Shown one piece after another: positions 1 to 8,676 of a stretch of DNA of 64,000 nucleotides. The translations under genes and the position numbers were made by a program. Positions within the stretch are counted from its first letter, which is position 1. Each line of letters opens with the position of its first letter. The DNA is from an uncultured Rickettsiales bacterium (GTDB taxonomy: Bacteria; Pseudomonadota; Alphaproteobacteria; Rickettsiales; UBA8987). The DNA lies in assembly GCA_964588995.1 (NCBI GenBank), contig CAZPQM010000002.1, forward strand, positions 155,020 to 219,019. Direction: 5' to 3'. A model generated the notes under the pieces. The model was not told the DNA's origin, did no database searches, and saw nothing but the letters and a program-made list of their open reading frames with translations.

Positions 1-1
1 T

Positions 2-913
2 GCGGATGCACTTGCTGCGTTTGCGAAAACATGCGACGTTATTACCTTCGAGTTTGAGAATATTCCGGCGACTTCGGTTGCCAGGCTGACGGAGCATGCT
101 GCTGTCTATCCGCACGCCGAGGTGCTGGAAGTTTCACAGAATCGTTTACGTGAAAAAGCTTTCATTAATGAACGAGCAGGCGTACCAACTGCGGCGTATA
201 TTCCTATACGCTCGCTGGACGAACTCACGCGCGGGCTGGAAAAGCTCGGAACAGGCAAAGCCATCCTCAAAACCACGCAATTCGGTTATGATGGCAAGGG
301 GCAGTGGGTAATTGATACGGAAAGTGTGGTCGCTGCCATGTATCAGGAAACGGCTGGTGTCGAGTTGATTCTGGAAGATTTTATTCCGTTTCAAACCGAA
401 ATTTCGGTCATCATTGCGCGTAACGGACACGGAGAAACAGCCGCGTTTCCCCCGGCGGAGAACACGCATAAAGGCGGTATTTTGCGCGTCTCAAAATCCC
501 CCGCTTCACTGGATTCCTCTATACTGAATAAGGCTACTCAACACGCGGAACATATTATTGAGGCGCTTGATATGCGCGGCTTACTGGCTATTGAGTTCTT
601 CGTGACAGAGGCGGGTGATCTGTTGGTCAATGAAATCGCCCCGCGACCGCATAATTCCGGGCACTGGACGATGGATGGCTGTATTACCTGTCAGTTTGAG
701 CAGTTCATTCGCGCCGTATGCGGTCTGCCGCTTGGCTCGGTGGAGGCGCTCGCCGAGGTGGAGATGATTAACCTGATCGGGGAGGATGTAGAGCATTGGG
801 AACGCTATCTGGAAAATCCGTTGGCCAAGCTGTATAATTACGGTAAAGGTGATATACGTGAAGGCCGCAAAATGGGGCATGTGAATTTGCTAATGCCGCC
901 TAAAAGCGCTTAG
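2..913 (+). CDS. purK: N5-carboxyaminoimidazole ribonucleotide synthase (PurK), 5' end cut by window edge
   Basis: The frame is open from base 2 (ADALAAFAKTCDVITFEFENIP...). It has ATP-grasp PurK-like motifs (TTQFGYDGKGQW, NEIAPRPHNSGHWT). The listed ORF 122..913 is the same frame. Confidence 0.85.
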   Translation, partial: ADALAAFAKTCDVITFEFENIPATSVARLTEHAAVYPHAEVLEVSQNRLREKAFINERAGVPTAAYIPIRSLDELTRGLEKLGTGKAILKTTQFGYDGKGQWVIDTESVVAAMYQETAGVELILEDFIPFQTEISVIIARNGHGETAAFPPAENTHKGGILRVSKSPASLDSSILNKATQHAEHIIEALDMRGLLAIEFFVTEAGDLLVNEIAPRPHNSGHWTMDGCITCQFEQFIRAVCGLPLGSVEALAEVEMINLIGEDVEHWERYLENPLAKLYNYGKGDIREGRKMGHVNLLMPPKSA

Positions 914-1542
914 CGTACATTGCTATACATGCACATGCGTTTCAGCTGTTCGCCCATATCGTCGAGCTTGCTGCGCAATCCCTGAATTTTCATGACATCT
1001 TCAATCCGGCGTGTGAGGAAGGCGGAGGTGTCGGTATATTCGTTCGACTCGTCGCGCAGCCAGCGCAAAAAGGTGCTGGTATACACGCCCGCCAGCAGGC
1101 CGCGTTTGGTGTAATAATTATAATCCGTCGCTGTATCTCCGGCGGCATACCACATGGCATCAACCGTTTTCCATATATTGCCAAGTGCTTTTGGCGCATG
1201 GAAAGGGAGTGCGTACCGCGCAGTAAGTTGCCGAACGGCCTCGCGGTAAGGGGCGTAGAGGTGCAGCCGTATCATCACAATTTTATGGATCCGGTCACGG
1301 ATGCGCATCGACTCGAGGTCGATTTTTTCCAGTTCCTTTTCCATGCGGTCATCAATGACCTGCCCGAAATAGCGAATTACTTCCTCAATACCACCCGGAA
1401 AATACGTGTAAGCATCGTTCCGTTCCTTTCCGAGCGATTCGGCGGCAGCTTCGAGGCTCTTGTCGCTCCAGCCGTCAAACGCCACCTGATCCAGCGTTGC
1501 TTCTAGCAATTCAAGTTTTTGCTTATCTATGTTTTTCGTCAT
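910..1542 (-). CDS. COQ9-like / rpsU-divergently transcribed protein
   Basis: 210-aa ORF divergent from rpsU, an arrangement typical of alphaproteobacteria. It is a helical protein with a TetR-like N-terminus (LLEATLDQVAFDGWSDKSL). The family assignment rests on synteny plus sequence feel. Confidence 0.65.
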   Translation of the reverse strand: MTKNIDKQKLELLEATLDQVAFDGWSDKSLEAAAESLGKERNDAYTYFPGGIEEVIRYFGQVIDDRMEKELEKIDLESMRIRDRIHKIVMIRLHLYAPYREAVRQLTARYALPFHAPKALGNIWKTVDAMWYAAGDTATDYNYYTKRGLLAGVYTSTFLRWLRDESNEYTDTSAFLTRRIEDVMKIQGLRSKLDDMGEQLKRMCMYSNVR

Positions 1543-1657
1543 AATCTACTTGACCTTTTGTTTTGAGCCGTTATGACACTCACTTCCATTGTAACGTAAT
1601 CTATGTTACAATGGGTGTCCACTTTTTAACTATAACCTTTGAAAGGGGTTAATCGCT

Positions 1658-1858
1658 TTGGTAGAAATTACCGTAAGAGATAATAATGTGGATCAGGCAC
1701 TTCGCATCTTAAAGAAAAAGATGCAGCGCGAAGGCGTTTTTCGTGAGATGAAGCAACGTCGCTTCTATGAAAAACCGTCTGAGCGTCGTGTGCGTGAGAA
1801 GCAGGAAGCTATTCGACGTGCTCGTAAGCTCGCTCGTAAGCGCGCGGAGCATAGTTAG
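1658..1858 (+). CDS. rpsU: 30S ribosomal protein S21
   Basis: 66 aa, [31 protein letters not shown]..., TTG start. Confidence 0.9.
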   Translation: MVEITVRDNNVDQALRILKKKMQREGVFREMKQRRFYEKPSERRVREKQEAIRRARKLARKRAEHS

Positions 1859-2267
1859 GCTTTGATTCTTCTGGGCTGTTCTTATTCAAGAGCGGCCCAA
1901 ACCACTCCTCTATTACCCCTTCCTCTACATCTCTGAGTATCATAACGTCGTCCCGCAGCTGACAGTTCAGGGCGCCATGCCGCCATTGTAACTGCTCAAT
2001 ATGGCGGTGACACGATGCGATTCTTTCTTTGCGTTCAGAGCGGGAAATAACATCACAGGTTGTATATACGTGGACCGAGCTTTTATCAACGCGCTTCAAC
2101 GAAATGGCAGAATCCTGCAATAGCTGATGTAATTTATCAAGCGCAACCTCATACTTTAAATCCTCCTCCAAAAGGGATGATTGCATATTCTGAGAGGGCA
2201 AGTTAACCGTTTCATCCGCAAGCGCATATAGGTAGTCAATGCGTGCTATTTGGGTGCTTTTATTCAT
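1809..2267 (-). CDS. hypothetical protein
   Basis: Long ORF with start taken at [13 protein letters not shown] recognise no family. Its 3' end overlaps the rpsU 3' end by 50 nt antisense. Confidence 0.4.
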   Translation of the reverse strand: MNKSTQIARIDYLYALADETVNLPSQNMQSSLLEEDLKYEVALDKLHQLLQDSAISLKRVDKSSVHVYTTCDVISRSERKERIASCHRHIEQLQWRHGALNCQLRDDVMILRDVEEGVIEEWFGPLLNKNSPEESKPNYAPRAYERAYEHVE

Positions 2268-2395
2268 TGTCGTTACCTTTCTCCGTCCTTGGATACACAA
2301 CTAATAAGGGTAATTGGTCAAGGCAAGGAAATTTTTTAACTTGCAAATTTATAAACCCATTTTATAAGTAACAGTGCATATTGGAGATATGAAAT

Positions 2396-2569
2396 ATGTC
2401 TTATGATATAAAAGCTTTATCAATAACGCTCTTTTCGCTCATGCTTATTTGCTTATTCCTGCTGTTTACAGTAGTGACCGGAGAGAGTTTAGCATTCATG
2501 CATGCGATTGACGTATCGGATAGCCTGTTCGCCGCTTTTATTTCGGCTTTTCTGCTGTATAAACTCTAG
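2396..2569 (+). CDS. hypothetical small membrane protein (57 aa)
   Basis: ATG at 2396 lies 9 nt after GGAG (2383-2386). The product [57 protein letters not shown] has two hydrophobic segments. It is below the ORF-track size cutoff. Confidence 0.35.
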   Translation: MSYDIKALSITLFSLMLICLFLLFTVVTGESLAFMHAIDVSDSLFAAFISAFLLYKL

Positions 2570-2577
2570 CTTAGCGC

Positions 2578-2606
2578 TTGCATTAGCGAATGATTACCGC
2601 TATATA
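2578..2606 (+). promoter_or_regulatory. putative sigma70-type promoter for rpmI-rplT
   Basis: TTGCAT (2578-2583), 17-nt spacer, TATATA (2601-2606). It lies about 95 nt upstream of rpmI. A CCCGCA/TGCGGG hairpin follows it. Confidence 0.3.
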
Positions 2607-2699
2607 TGTGCTCCCCGCATTTTTGTTTGCGGGCAGATAGTGCAGGCGTATGGCATGCCTAGCTATCATTCTGATCATATTACTTACAGGGAGTTAGAA

Positions 2700-2909
2700 A
2701 TGCCAAAAATGAAAACCAAGTCGAGCGCTAAAAAGCGCTTTTCCTTAACGGCAAAGGGTAAAGTAAAAGCCAGTCAGTCCGGAAAAAAGCACGGTATGGT
2801 CAAACGGACCAAGTCGCAGCTACGTAATCAGCGCGGTACGACCATTCTGTCTGAAGCGGATGCCAATATTGTACGGCAATTCCTGCCTTATCGTAAGAAA
2901 AACAATTAA
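2700..2909 (+). CDS. rpmI: 50S ribosomal protein L35
   Basis: [23 protein letters not shown]... preceded by AGGGAG. The longer ORF from 2502 is an unlikely N-terminal extension. Confidence 0.9.
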   Translation: MPKMKTKSSAKKRFSLTAKGKVKASQSGKKHGMVKRTKSQLRNQRGTTILSEADANIVRQFLPYRKKNN

Positions 2910-2939
2910 TTACCCTGTCGGACTTAAAGGAGAATTATC

Positions 2940-3365
2940 ATGGCACGAGCCAAAAACGGAACCGTAAACAAAAAACGTCATAAGAAAATTATCAAGATGG
3001 CCAAAGGCTATCGTGGCCGCGCGAAGAATTGCTACCGTACAGCGATTCAACGCGTTGAAAAAGCGCTACAGTATCAATATCGCGATCGCCGTACCAAAAA
3101 GCGTGATTTCCGCCGCCTGTGGATTGCACGGATCAATGCTGCTGTACGTCAGGAAGGGCTGAACTACTCGCAATTCATGCATGGTGTGAAGCAGGCCGGT
3201 ATTGAAGTGGATCGCAAAATTCTTGCAGAACTTGCCGTTTCCGAGCCGGCTGCGTTTAAATCACTGGTGGATGATGTGAAAAAAACGCTGGAGCAAACCG
3301 CAAAGGAAGCCCCGAAGGCGGCCAAAACAGCCGCTGAGAAAGAGCCGGTGAAGAAGGCGGCTTAA
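2940..3365 (+). CDS. rplT: 50S ribosomal protein L20 (Lys/Ala-rich C-terminal tail)
   Basis: [43 protein letters not shown], 141 aa. Confidence 0.92.
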   Translation: MARAKNGTVNKKRHKKIIKMAKGYRGRAKNCYRTAIQRVEKALQYQYRDRRTKKRDFRRLWIARINAAVRQEGLNYSQFMHGVKQAGIEVDRKILAELAVSEPAAFKSLVDDVKKTLEQTAKEAPKAAKTAAEKEPVKKAA

Positions 3366-3378
3366 GTTTTACATGTGT

Positions 3379-3531
3379 ACCTCCTCCTGTTTGCGGTGGA
3401 GGCAATGAGGCTTAGTGACGAAATTCACTTAGCTGCAATGGTGGGGGCAAGATGGCCCGAGCCCTCCCCATAAATCTAAGCGATGTTTCATCGCAAGATT
3501 TCTTGCCTCTCCCCAAGCAGGAGAGGAGGCA
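3379..3531. repeat. family-2 G/C-run palindromic MITE-like element (copy 1)
   Basis: Imperfect terminal inverted repeats: ACCTCCTCCTGTTTGCGGTGGAGGCA (3379-3404) and TGCCTCTCCCCAAGCAGGAGAGGAGGCA (3504-3531). It resembles the elements at 12888-13070 and 23296-23496. Confidence 0.6.
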
Positions 3532-3550
3532 TATAATATAGGGGTAAAGC

Positions 3551-4627
3551 ATGTCAGACGTAGCGCGTATTCTGGATGATGCGAAATCAGCGATTTCATC
3601 AAGTCAGTCACTGGATGACTTGGAAAAGATTCGCGTAAATTATCTGGGTAAATCCGGCGTTATTTCCGAACAGTTGAAAAGCCTGGGTAAGGCCCCGCCG
3701 GAGCAGCGCAAAGCGCTCGGGCAATCGCTGAATACCCTCAAGCAGGAGGTGCAAAGCCTTATTGAGTCCTCCCGTGCGCGGTTCGAAGAAGCGGCACTCA
3801 ACGCCCGTCTTGAGAAGGAATGGATTGACGTGACGCTCGATCCGCGCGAAGCGCAGCAAGGTACGATTCACCCGATTACGCAGGTCATGCAGGAGCTGAT
3901 CGCGATATTTGGTGCGCAAGGGTTTGAGATGGCCGAAGGGCCGGATGTGGAGGATGACTTCCATAATTTTACGGCGCTCAATATCCCGGAAGCCCACCCC
4001 GCACGGCAAATGCACGACACGTTTTATTTGCAAAGTGAAGATGGTGAAGCGCCGAATGTGCTGCGGACGCATACTTCTCCCGTACAAATTCGTGCGATGG
4101 AAGCGGGTAAGCCTCCGTTTCGGATTATCGCGCCCGGGCGGACCTATCGCTGTGATTCCGACCAGACACACACGCCTATGTTCCACCAGATTGAAGGGCT
4201 TTATATTGATAAGCATGTGACGATGGCGCAGCTGAAAGGGTGCTTGATTTCCTTTGTGGAAACCTTTTTTAATCTGGATGATGTGCCGGTGCGCTTCCGT
4301 CCGAGCTTTTTCCCCTTTACCGAGCCAAGCGCTGAGATGGATATCGGTTGCAAAAAAACCAAGCAGGAGCTGAAACTGGGTGAGGGCGATGACTGGTTGG
4401 AAATTCTCGGCTGCGGTATGGTGCATCCGAATGTGCTGAAAGCCGTGAATATCGACCCGGAGGAATATCAGGGCTTTGCCTTTGGTATCGGTATTGAGCG
4501 GCTCGCCATGCTGAAATATGGTATTGCGGATTTGCGCACCTTCTTTGATGCCGATAGCCGCTGGCTCGCGCATTATGGGTTTGCGCCCGAGGACGTACCA
4601 AGTTTGCAGGGGGGATTGGTTAAGTGA
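3551..4627 (+). CDS. pheS: phenylalanine--tRNA ligase alpha subunit
   Basis: 358 aa with class II aaRS motifs (FRPSFFPFTEPSAE, GFAFGIGIERLAML). Confidence 0.95.
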   Translation: MSDVARILDDAKSAISSSQSLDDLEKIRVNYLGKSGVISEQLKSLGKAPPEQRKALGQSLNTLKQEVQSLIESSRARFEEAALNARLEKEWIDVTLDPREAQQGTIHPITQVMQELIAIFGAQGFEMAEGPDVEDDFHNFTALNIPEAHPARQMHDTFYLQSEDGEAPNVLRTHTSPVQIRAMEAGKPPFRIIAPGRTYRCDSDQTHTPMFHQIEGLYIDKHVTMAQLKGCLISFVETFFNLDDVPVRFRPSFFPFTEPSAEMDIGCKKTKQELKLGEGDDWLEILGCGMVHPNVLKAVNIDPEEYQGFAFGIGIERLAMLKYGIADLRTFFDADSRWLAHYGFAPEDVPSLQGGLVK

Positions 4628-7011
4628 AATTCACGCTAAGCTGGTTGAAAGAGCATCTGGAAACGGATGCGACGTTAGAGCAGATTCTCGATCGTTTGAC
4701 AGCGCTCGGGCTTGAGGTCGAAGACGTGGTCAATCGCGGTGAGGCGCTGGCCGATTTTAAGGTCGCGAAAATAACTGAAGCGAAGCCACACCCGGATGCG
4801 GATAAATTGCAAGTCTGCAAAGTGGATGATGGCAATGAGTCGCTGCAAATTGTATGCGGTGCGCCGAATGCGCGGGCTGGTCTGACCGTCTGTCTTGCGC
4901 CGGTGGGGGTGCGGATTCCGGCCAATGATTTAAAGATCAAACCGGTCGAGATTCGCGGCGTCAAGAGTAACGGTATGTTATGCTCGGCAGCGGAAATTGG
5001 GCTTGGTGAGGATGCAGCCGGCATTATGGAGTTGGATGAGCAGCTACAGGCGGGAGCATCTTTTCCGGAGGCGACGGGGCTGGATGATCCGATCATTGAA
5101 ATTGCGATTACACCCAATCGTGGCGATTGCCTTGGTGTCTATGGCATTGCGCGCGATTTGGCGGCAAGCGGCTTGGGAGCGCTAAAGCCTTTGCCGAAGA
5201 CGCATATTCAGGCAACCGGGAAATCGCCTATCGAGGTTTCGATAGCATATACCGAAGGGTGCAGCCTTTTTCTTGGGCGCTATATCCAGGGTGTGAAAAA
5301 TGGTCCAAGCCCGAAATGGCTGAAAGATCGGCTGGAAGCGGTCGGCGCGAAGTCGATTTCGGCGCTGGTGGATGTCACGAATTATATGAGCCTGACCTAT
5401 GGCCGTCCGGCGCATGTGTTCGATGCGGATAAGCTCACGGGTGATATTGTGGTGCGTTCAGCAAAAGCGGGTGAGACCTACACGGGGCTGGATGAGGAGG
5501 AATATACGCTTGCGGACGGGATGGTGGTCGTAGCCGATGATAAGGGAACGCAGGCATTAGCCGGTATTTTAGGCGGTATGGATTCCGGCTCGTTTGACGA
5601 TACGACCAATGTGTTTCTGGAAATTGCGCAGTTTGACCCGATCAAAGTGGCACTCGCAGGGCGGGAATTGCAGATTGATTCGGATGCGCGCTATCGTTTT
5701 GAGCGTTCAGTCGATCACGGCTTTGCTGAAACCAGTATGGAGCTTGCAACGCAGATGATTCTGGAGTTGTGCGGCGGCGAAGCGAGCGAAGTGGTGATTG
5801 CGGGAAATTCAGAGGCTGAGCTGCGGACATTAACCTTTCGCCCTCAACGTATTAAAGACGTGCTAGGGGTTGAAATTGCGGAACAGGAAGTTAGTGATTA
5901 TCTTCAGCGCCTAGGGTTTGGCGTGGAAACGGCCGATCAAAGCTGGAAACTTACCATCCCAAGCTGGCGCGCCGATATTGCGATTGAGGAAGATATTATT
6001 GAGGAGGTTGCTCGCTTGCATGGCTATGATGCGATACCGACCGAGCCGTTGCCGCCAGTAATCCTTAAGCAAACCAGCCTTAGCCCCTCGCAGCGCAAGC
6101 GCTTTGATGTCAGCCGCGTGCTGGCGGGCAGGGGGCTGAAAGAAGCGGTTACGTTTTCGTTTGTTTCTTCCGAGGAAGCCAGACGTTTTGCCGAAAATGA
6201 TAATGTCCCGTTGCTTGCGAATCCAATCAGTTCGGAGCTGGATGCGCTCCGCCCTTCCGCGTTACCGCATTTACTGAGCGCGCAGCAGCGCAATCACGCC
6301 CGTGGATTAAGCGATGAGGCGCTCTTTGAAATCGGGCCGGTATTTTCCTCGCACCAGCCGGGTAAGCAGCAGCGCGTCGCCAGTGGCCTTCGTGCGGGTA
6401 AAGCGGCCAAAGCCTCGCCGCTAACGCAGGAGCGCGTGGTCGATGTGTTTGATGCAAAGGCCGATAGCTTGGCGGTGCTGGGTCAGTATGTTGCCACCGA
6501 TAATGTGCAGGTGACGCGCGAAGCGCCCGGCTATTACCACCCCGCGCGGAGTGGTGCGCTAACGCTTGGCAAGCAGGTGCTTGGCTATTTCGGTGAGCTG
6601 CATCCGGCCATTGTGAAGCAGTATGATCTGGAACATGCCGTTGCATTTGAGGTGTTTATGGATAACGCACCTATGCCAAAAGCGCGGAAATCAACGGCGC
6701 GACCGCTCTACAACCCGTCTAATTTGCAGCGTGTAAAGCGTGATTTTGCGTTTCTGGTGGATGCGCAACGTGAAGCGCAGGAAATCGTGCGTGCGCTCAA
6801 AAAGGTGGATAAAAATCTCATTCAGTCAGTGCATCTTTTTGATGTGTACTCGGGTGAGCATGTGCAAGCGGGTAAAAAATCCGTCGCATTTACCGTGACG
6901 ATCCAGCCAACGAAGGAAACGCTTAACGATGAGGCGATTAATGCACTGTCGGATAAGATCATAACCGCAGTCACGGAATCCACCGGCGGCATACTCCGCG
7001 ACGGGCGTTAG
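4624..7011 (+). CDS. pheT: phenylalanine--tRNA ligase beta subunit
   Basis: 795 aa. GTG start overlaps the pheS stop (GTGA). It has tRNA-binding, B3/4, B5 and FDX-ACB-like regions. Confidence 0.95.
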   Translation: MKFTLSWLKEHLETDATLEQILDRLTALGLEVEDVVNRGEALADFKVAKITEAKPHPDADKLQVCKVDDGNESLQIVCGAPNARAGLTVCLAPVGVRIPANDLKIKPVEIRGVKSNGMLCSAAEIGLGEDAAGIMELDEQLQAGASFPEATGLDDPIIEIAITPNRGDCLGVYGIARDLAASGLGALKPLPKTHIQATGKSPIEVSIAYTEGCSLFLGRYIQGVKNGPSPKWLKDRLEAVGAKSISALVDVTNYMSLTYGRPAHVFDADKLTGDIVVRSAKAGETYTGLDEEEYTLADGMVVVADDKGTQALAGILGGMDSGSFDDTTNVFLEIAQFDPIKVALAGRELQIDSDARYRFERSVDHGFAETSMELATQMILELCGGEASEVVIAGNSEAELRTLTFRPQRIKDVLGVEIAEQEVSDYLQRLGFGVETADQSWKLTIPSWRADIAIEEDIIEEVARLHGYDAIPTEPLPPVILKQTSLSPSQRKRFDVSRVLAGRGLKEAVTFSFVSSEEARRFAENDNVPLLANPISSELDALRPSALPHLLSAQQRNHARGLSDEALFEIGPVFSSHQPGKQQRVASGLRAGKAAKASPLTQERVVDVFDAKADSLAVLGQYVATDNVQVTREAPGYYHPARSGALTLGKQVLGYFGELHPAIVKQYDLEHAVAFEVFMDNAPMPKARKSTARPLYNPSNLQRVKRDFAFLVDAQREAQEIVRALKKVDKNLIQSVHLFDVYSGEHVQAGKKSVAFTVTIQPTKETLNDEAINALSDKIITAVTESTGGILRDGR

Positions 7012-7121
7012 CAACGAATTATGAGCTAACGCGTTTTACAGCCAGATGCAGGTGGCCAACAACGTTCTCATTTCACCCCTTTATTTGAGGGAGAAAACAT
7101 TGAGTCTATTGTAGTAAACTT

Positions 7122-7147
7122 AGCCTAATTAATAGCTTAATTAGGCT
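7122..7147. terminator. AT-rich hairpin between convergent pheT and ntrX (possible bidirectional terminator)
   Basis: AGCCTAATTAA-TAGC-TTAATTAGGCT forms an 11-bp perfect stem. There is no clear U-tract, and it overlaps the ntrX stop codon. Confidence 0.35.
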
Positions 7148-8574
7148 GTAGCTAGTTCTTTCTCAGCAGCTTCGGCGGCTTCGGAGTCTTTTTCTTCGAA
7201 GACGTTCAAGGATTTCAGTTTGCGGTGAAGTGCTGAACGTTCCATGCCGATAAAGCTCGCCGTGCGCGAAATGTTCCCGCCGAAACGGTTGATCTGCGCA
7301 GTGAGATATTGCCGCTCGAATACTTCCCGCGCTTCGCGGAGCCGCATCGACAAAATATCCGAATTCGTTTCCGGTGTCATCAGTGCGGGTGTAGTCGAGA
7401 ATACCTCCTGCGGCAGCATTTCCGAGGTTACCGGACCGTCTTCATCTGCAGGGCACATAATCAGCAGCCATTCAATCACGTTGCGGAGCTGGCGGAGATT
7501 ACCCGGCCAGTTATAAGCCTGAAGTGCCGCCATTGCATCGGGTGATAAATCGCGCGGCTGTAGCTTTGAGGTTTCCGCCGCATGAGCGAGCAGGCAATCG
7601 CAGATCAGCGGTATATCTTCGCGGCGTTCTTTAAGAGAAGGCGCTTCAAGCGGCACGACATTGAGCCGGTAATAGAGATCCTCGCGGAAATTACCTTTGC
7701 TGATCTCCTCTTTTATATCCTTATTAGTCGCGGAAATAACGCGCACATCGGCGTGCATTTGCTTACGTCCGCCGACACGTTCGAAATTACCGTCCTGCAG
7801 GAAACGTACGAATTTGCCTTGCGTGGTTGACGGGATGTCCGTAACTTCATCGATATAGAGTGTGCCACCATGCGCCTGTTCGAATACACCGACTTTCCGT
7901 GGGGGCGCGTTTAAATCCTCGCTGTCTTCGGTGCCAAAGAGCTCATGGTCCACCATATCGGTACCGAGCGTGCCGGCATTGAGCACGACAAACGGACCGG
8001 ATTTGCGGTTGGATTTCGCATGGATAGAGCGCGCGATCATTTCCTTGCCACTTCCTGCCGGACCGTTGATGAAGATGCGGCTACCGGTCGGCGCGACACG
8101 CTCGATTGACTGGCGAAGCTGCGTTACGGCAGCCGAGTCGCCGATGAGCAGGTTGATGCTGCCGGTTTTGAGCTTGAGCTCCTGATTTTCCTTTTTGAGT
8201 GACATAGCTTCAATGGCGCGGTCGACCGTATGAACGAGCCGGTCTTCCTTGAATGGCTTTTCGATATAGTCATATGCGCCCATTTTGAGCGAGCTGATCG
8301 CCGTTTCGATATTACCATGCCCACTGATGATAATCACCGGAGTGGACGGGTATTTCCGTTTGACGGTTTCCAATATACCTAAGCCATCCAGCGCACTGTC
8401 TTTCAGCCAGATATCAAGAATCAACGCATCGGGAATCTGTTCGGCAAGCGAAGCAAACGCCTCGTCACTGTTCTTCCCTGACTGCGTTTTATACCCTTCG
8501 TCTTCCAGAATGTCACAGATGAGCTCGCGAATATCTTGCTCATCATCAATTACGAGAACTGTTTTCCCCTGCAT
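7141..8574 (-). CDS. ntrX: NtrX-type response regulator (REC + AAA+ + HTH)
   Basis: 477 aa. Receiver domain (VLVIDDEQDIRE..DIWL), AAA+ (GPAGSGKE), C-terminal Fis-type HTH. It lies downstream of ntrY. Confidence 0.88.
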   Translation of the reverse strand: MQGKTVLVIDDEQDIRELICDILEDEGYKTQSGKNSDEAFASLAEQIPDALILDIWLKDSALDGLGILETVKRKYPSTPVIIISGHGNIETAISSLKMGAYDYIEKPFKEDRLVHTVDRAIEAMSLKKENQELKLKTGSINLLIGDSAAVTQLRQSIERVAPTGSRIFINGPAGSGKEMIARSIHAKSNRKSGPFVVLNAGTLGTDMVDHELFGTEDSEDLNAPPRKVGVFEQAHGGTLYIDEVTDIPSTTQGKFVRFLQDGNFERVGGRKQMHADVRVISATNKDIKEEISKGNFREDLYYRLNVVPLEAPSLKERREDIPLICDCLLAHAAETSKLQPRDLSPDAMAALQAYNWPGNLRQLRNVIEWLLIMCPADEDGPVTSEMLPQEVFSTTPALMTPETNSDILSMRLREAREVFERQYLTAQINRFGGNISRTASFIGMERSALHRKLKSLNVFEEKDSEAAEAAEKELATA

Positions 8575-8676
8575 ACGTACCCCAAGTATTTATGTTACCC
8601 AAAAACCCTTGTTGTACATATGCAACAAAGTGATGCATGAATCAACAGGAAAGTGAAAATTATTTCGGAGTGGTTA

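Noticed and set aside
2502-2699. N-terminal extension of rpmI (ORF annotated from 2502)
   Set aside because: The L35 homology begins at MPKMKTK (2700), which has a good RBS. The upstream 66 codons are not protein-like and overlap the putative promoter.
3608-4573. 321-aa ORF antisense to pheS, with similar long antisense ORFs at 4620..5117, 6227..6646, 25913..26542, 49657..50460 and 62100..62618
   Set aside because: These are shadow ORFs on the opposite strand of strongly supported conserved genes. Their products are Arg/His/Pro-rich or low-complexity and have no recognisable motifs.
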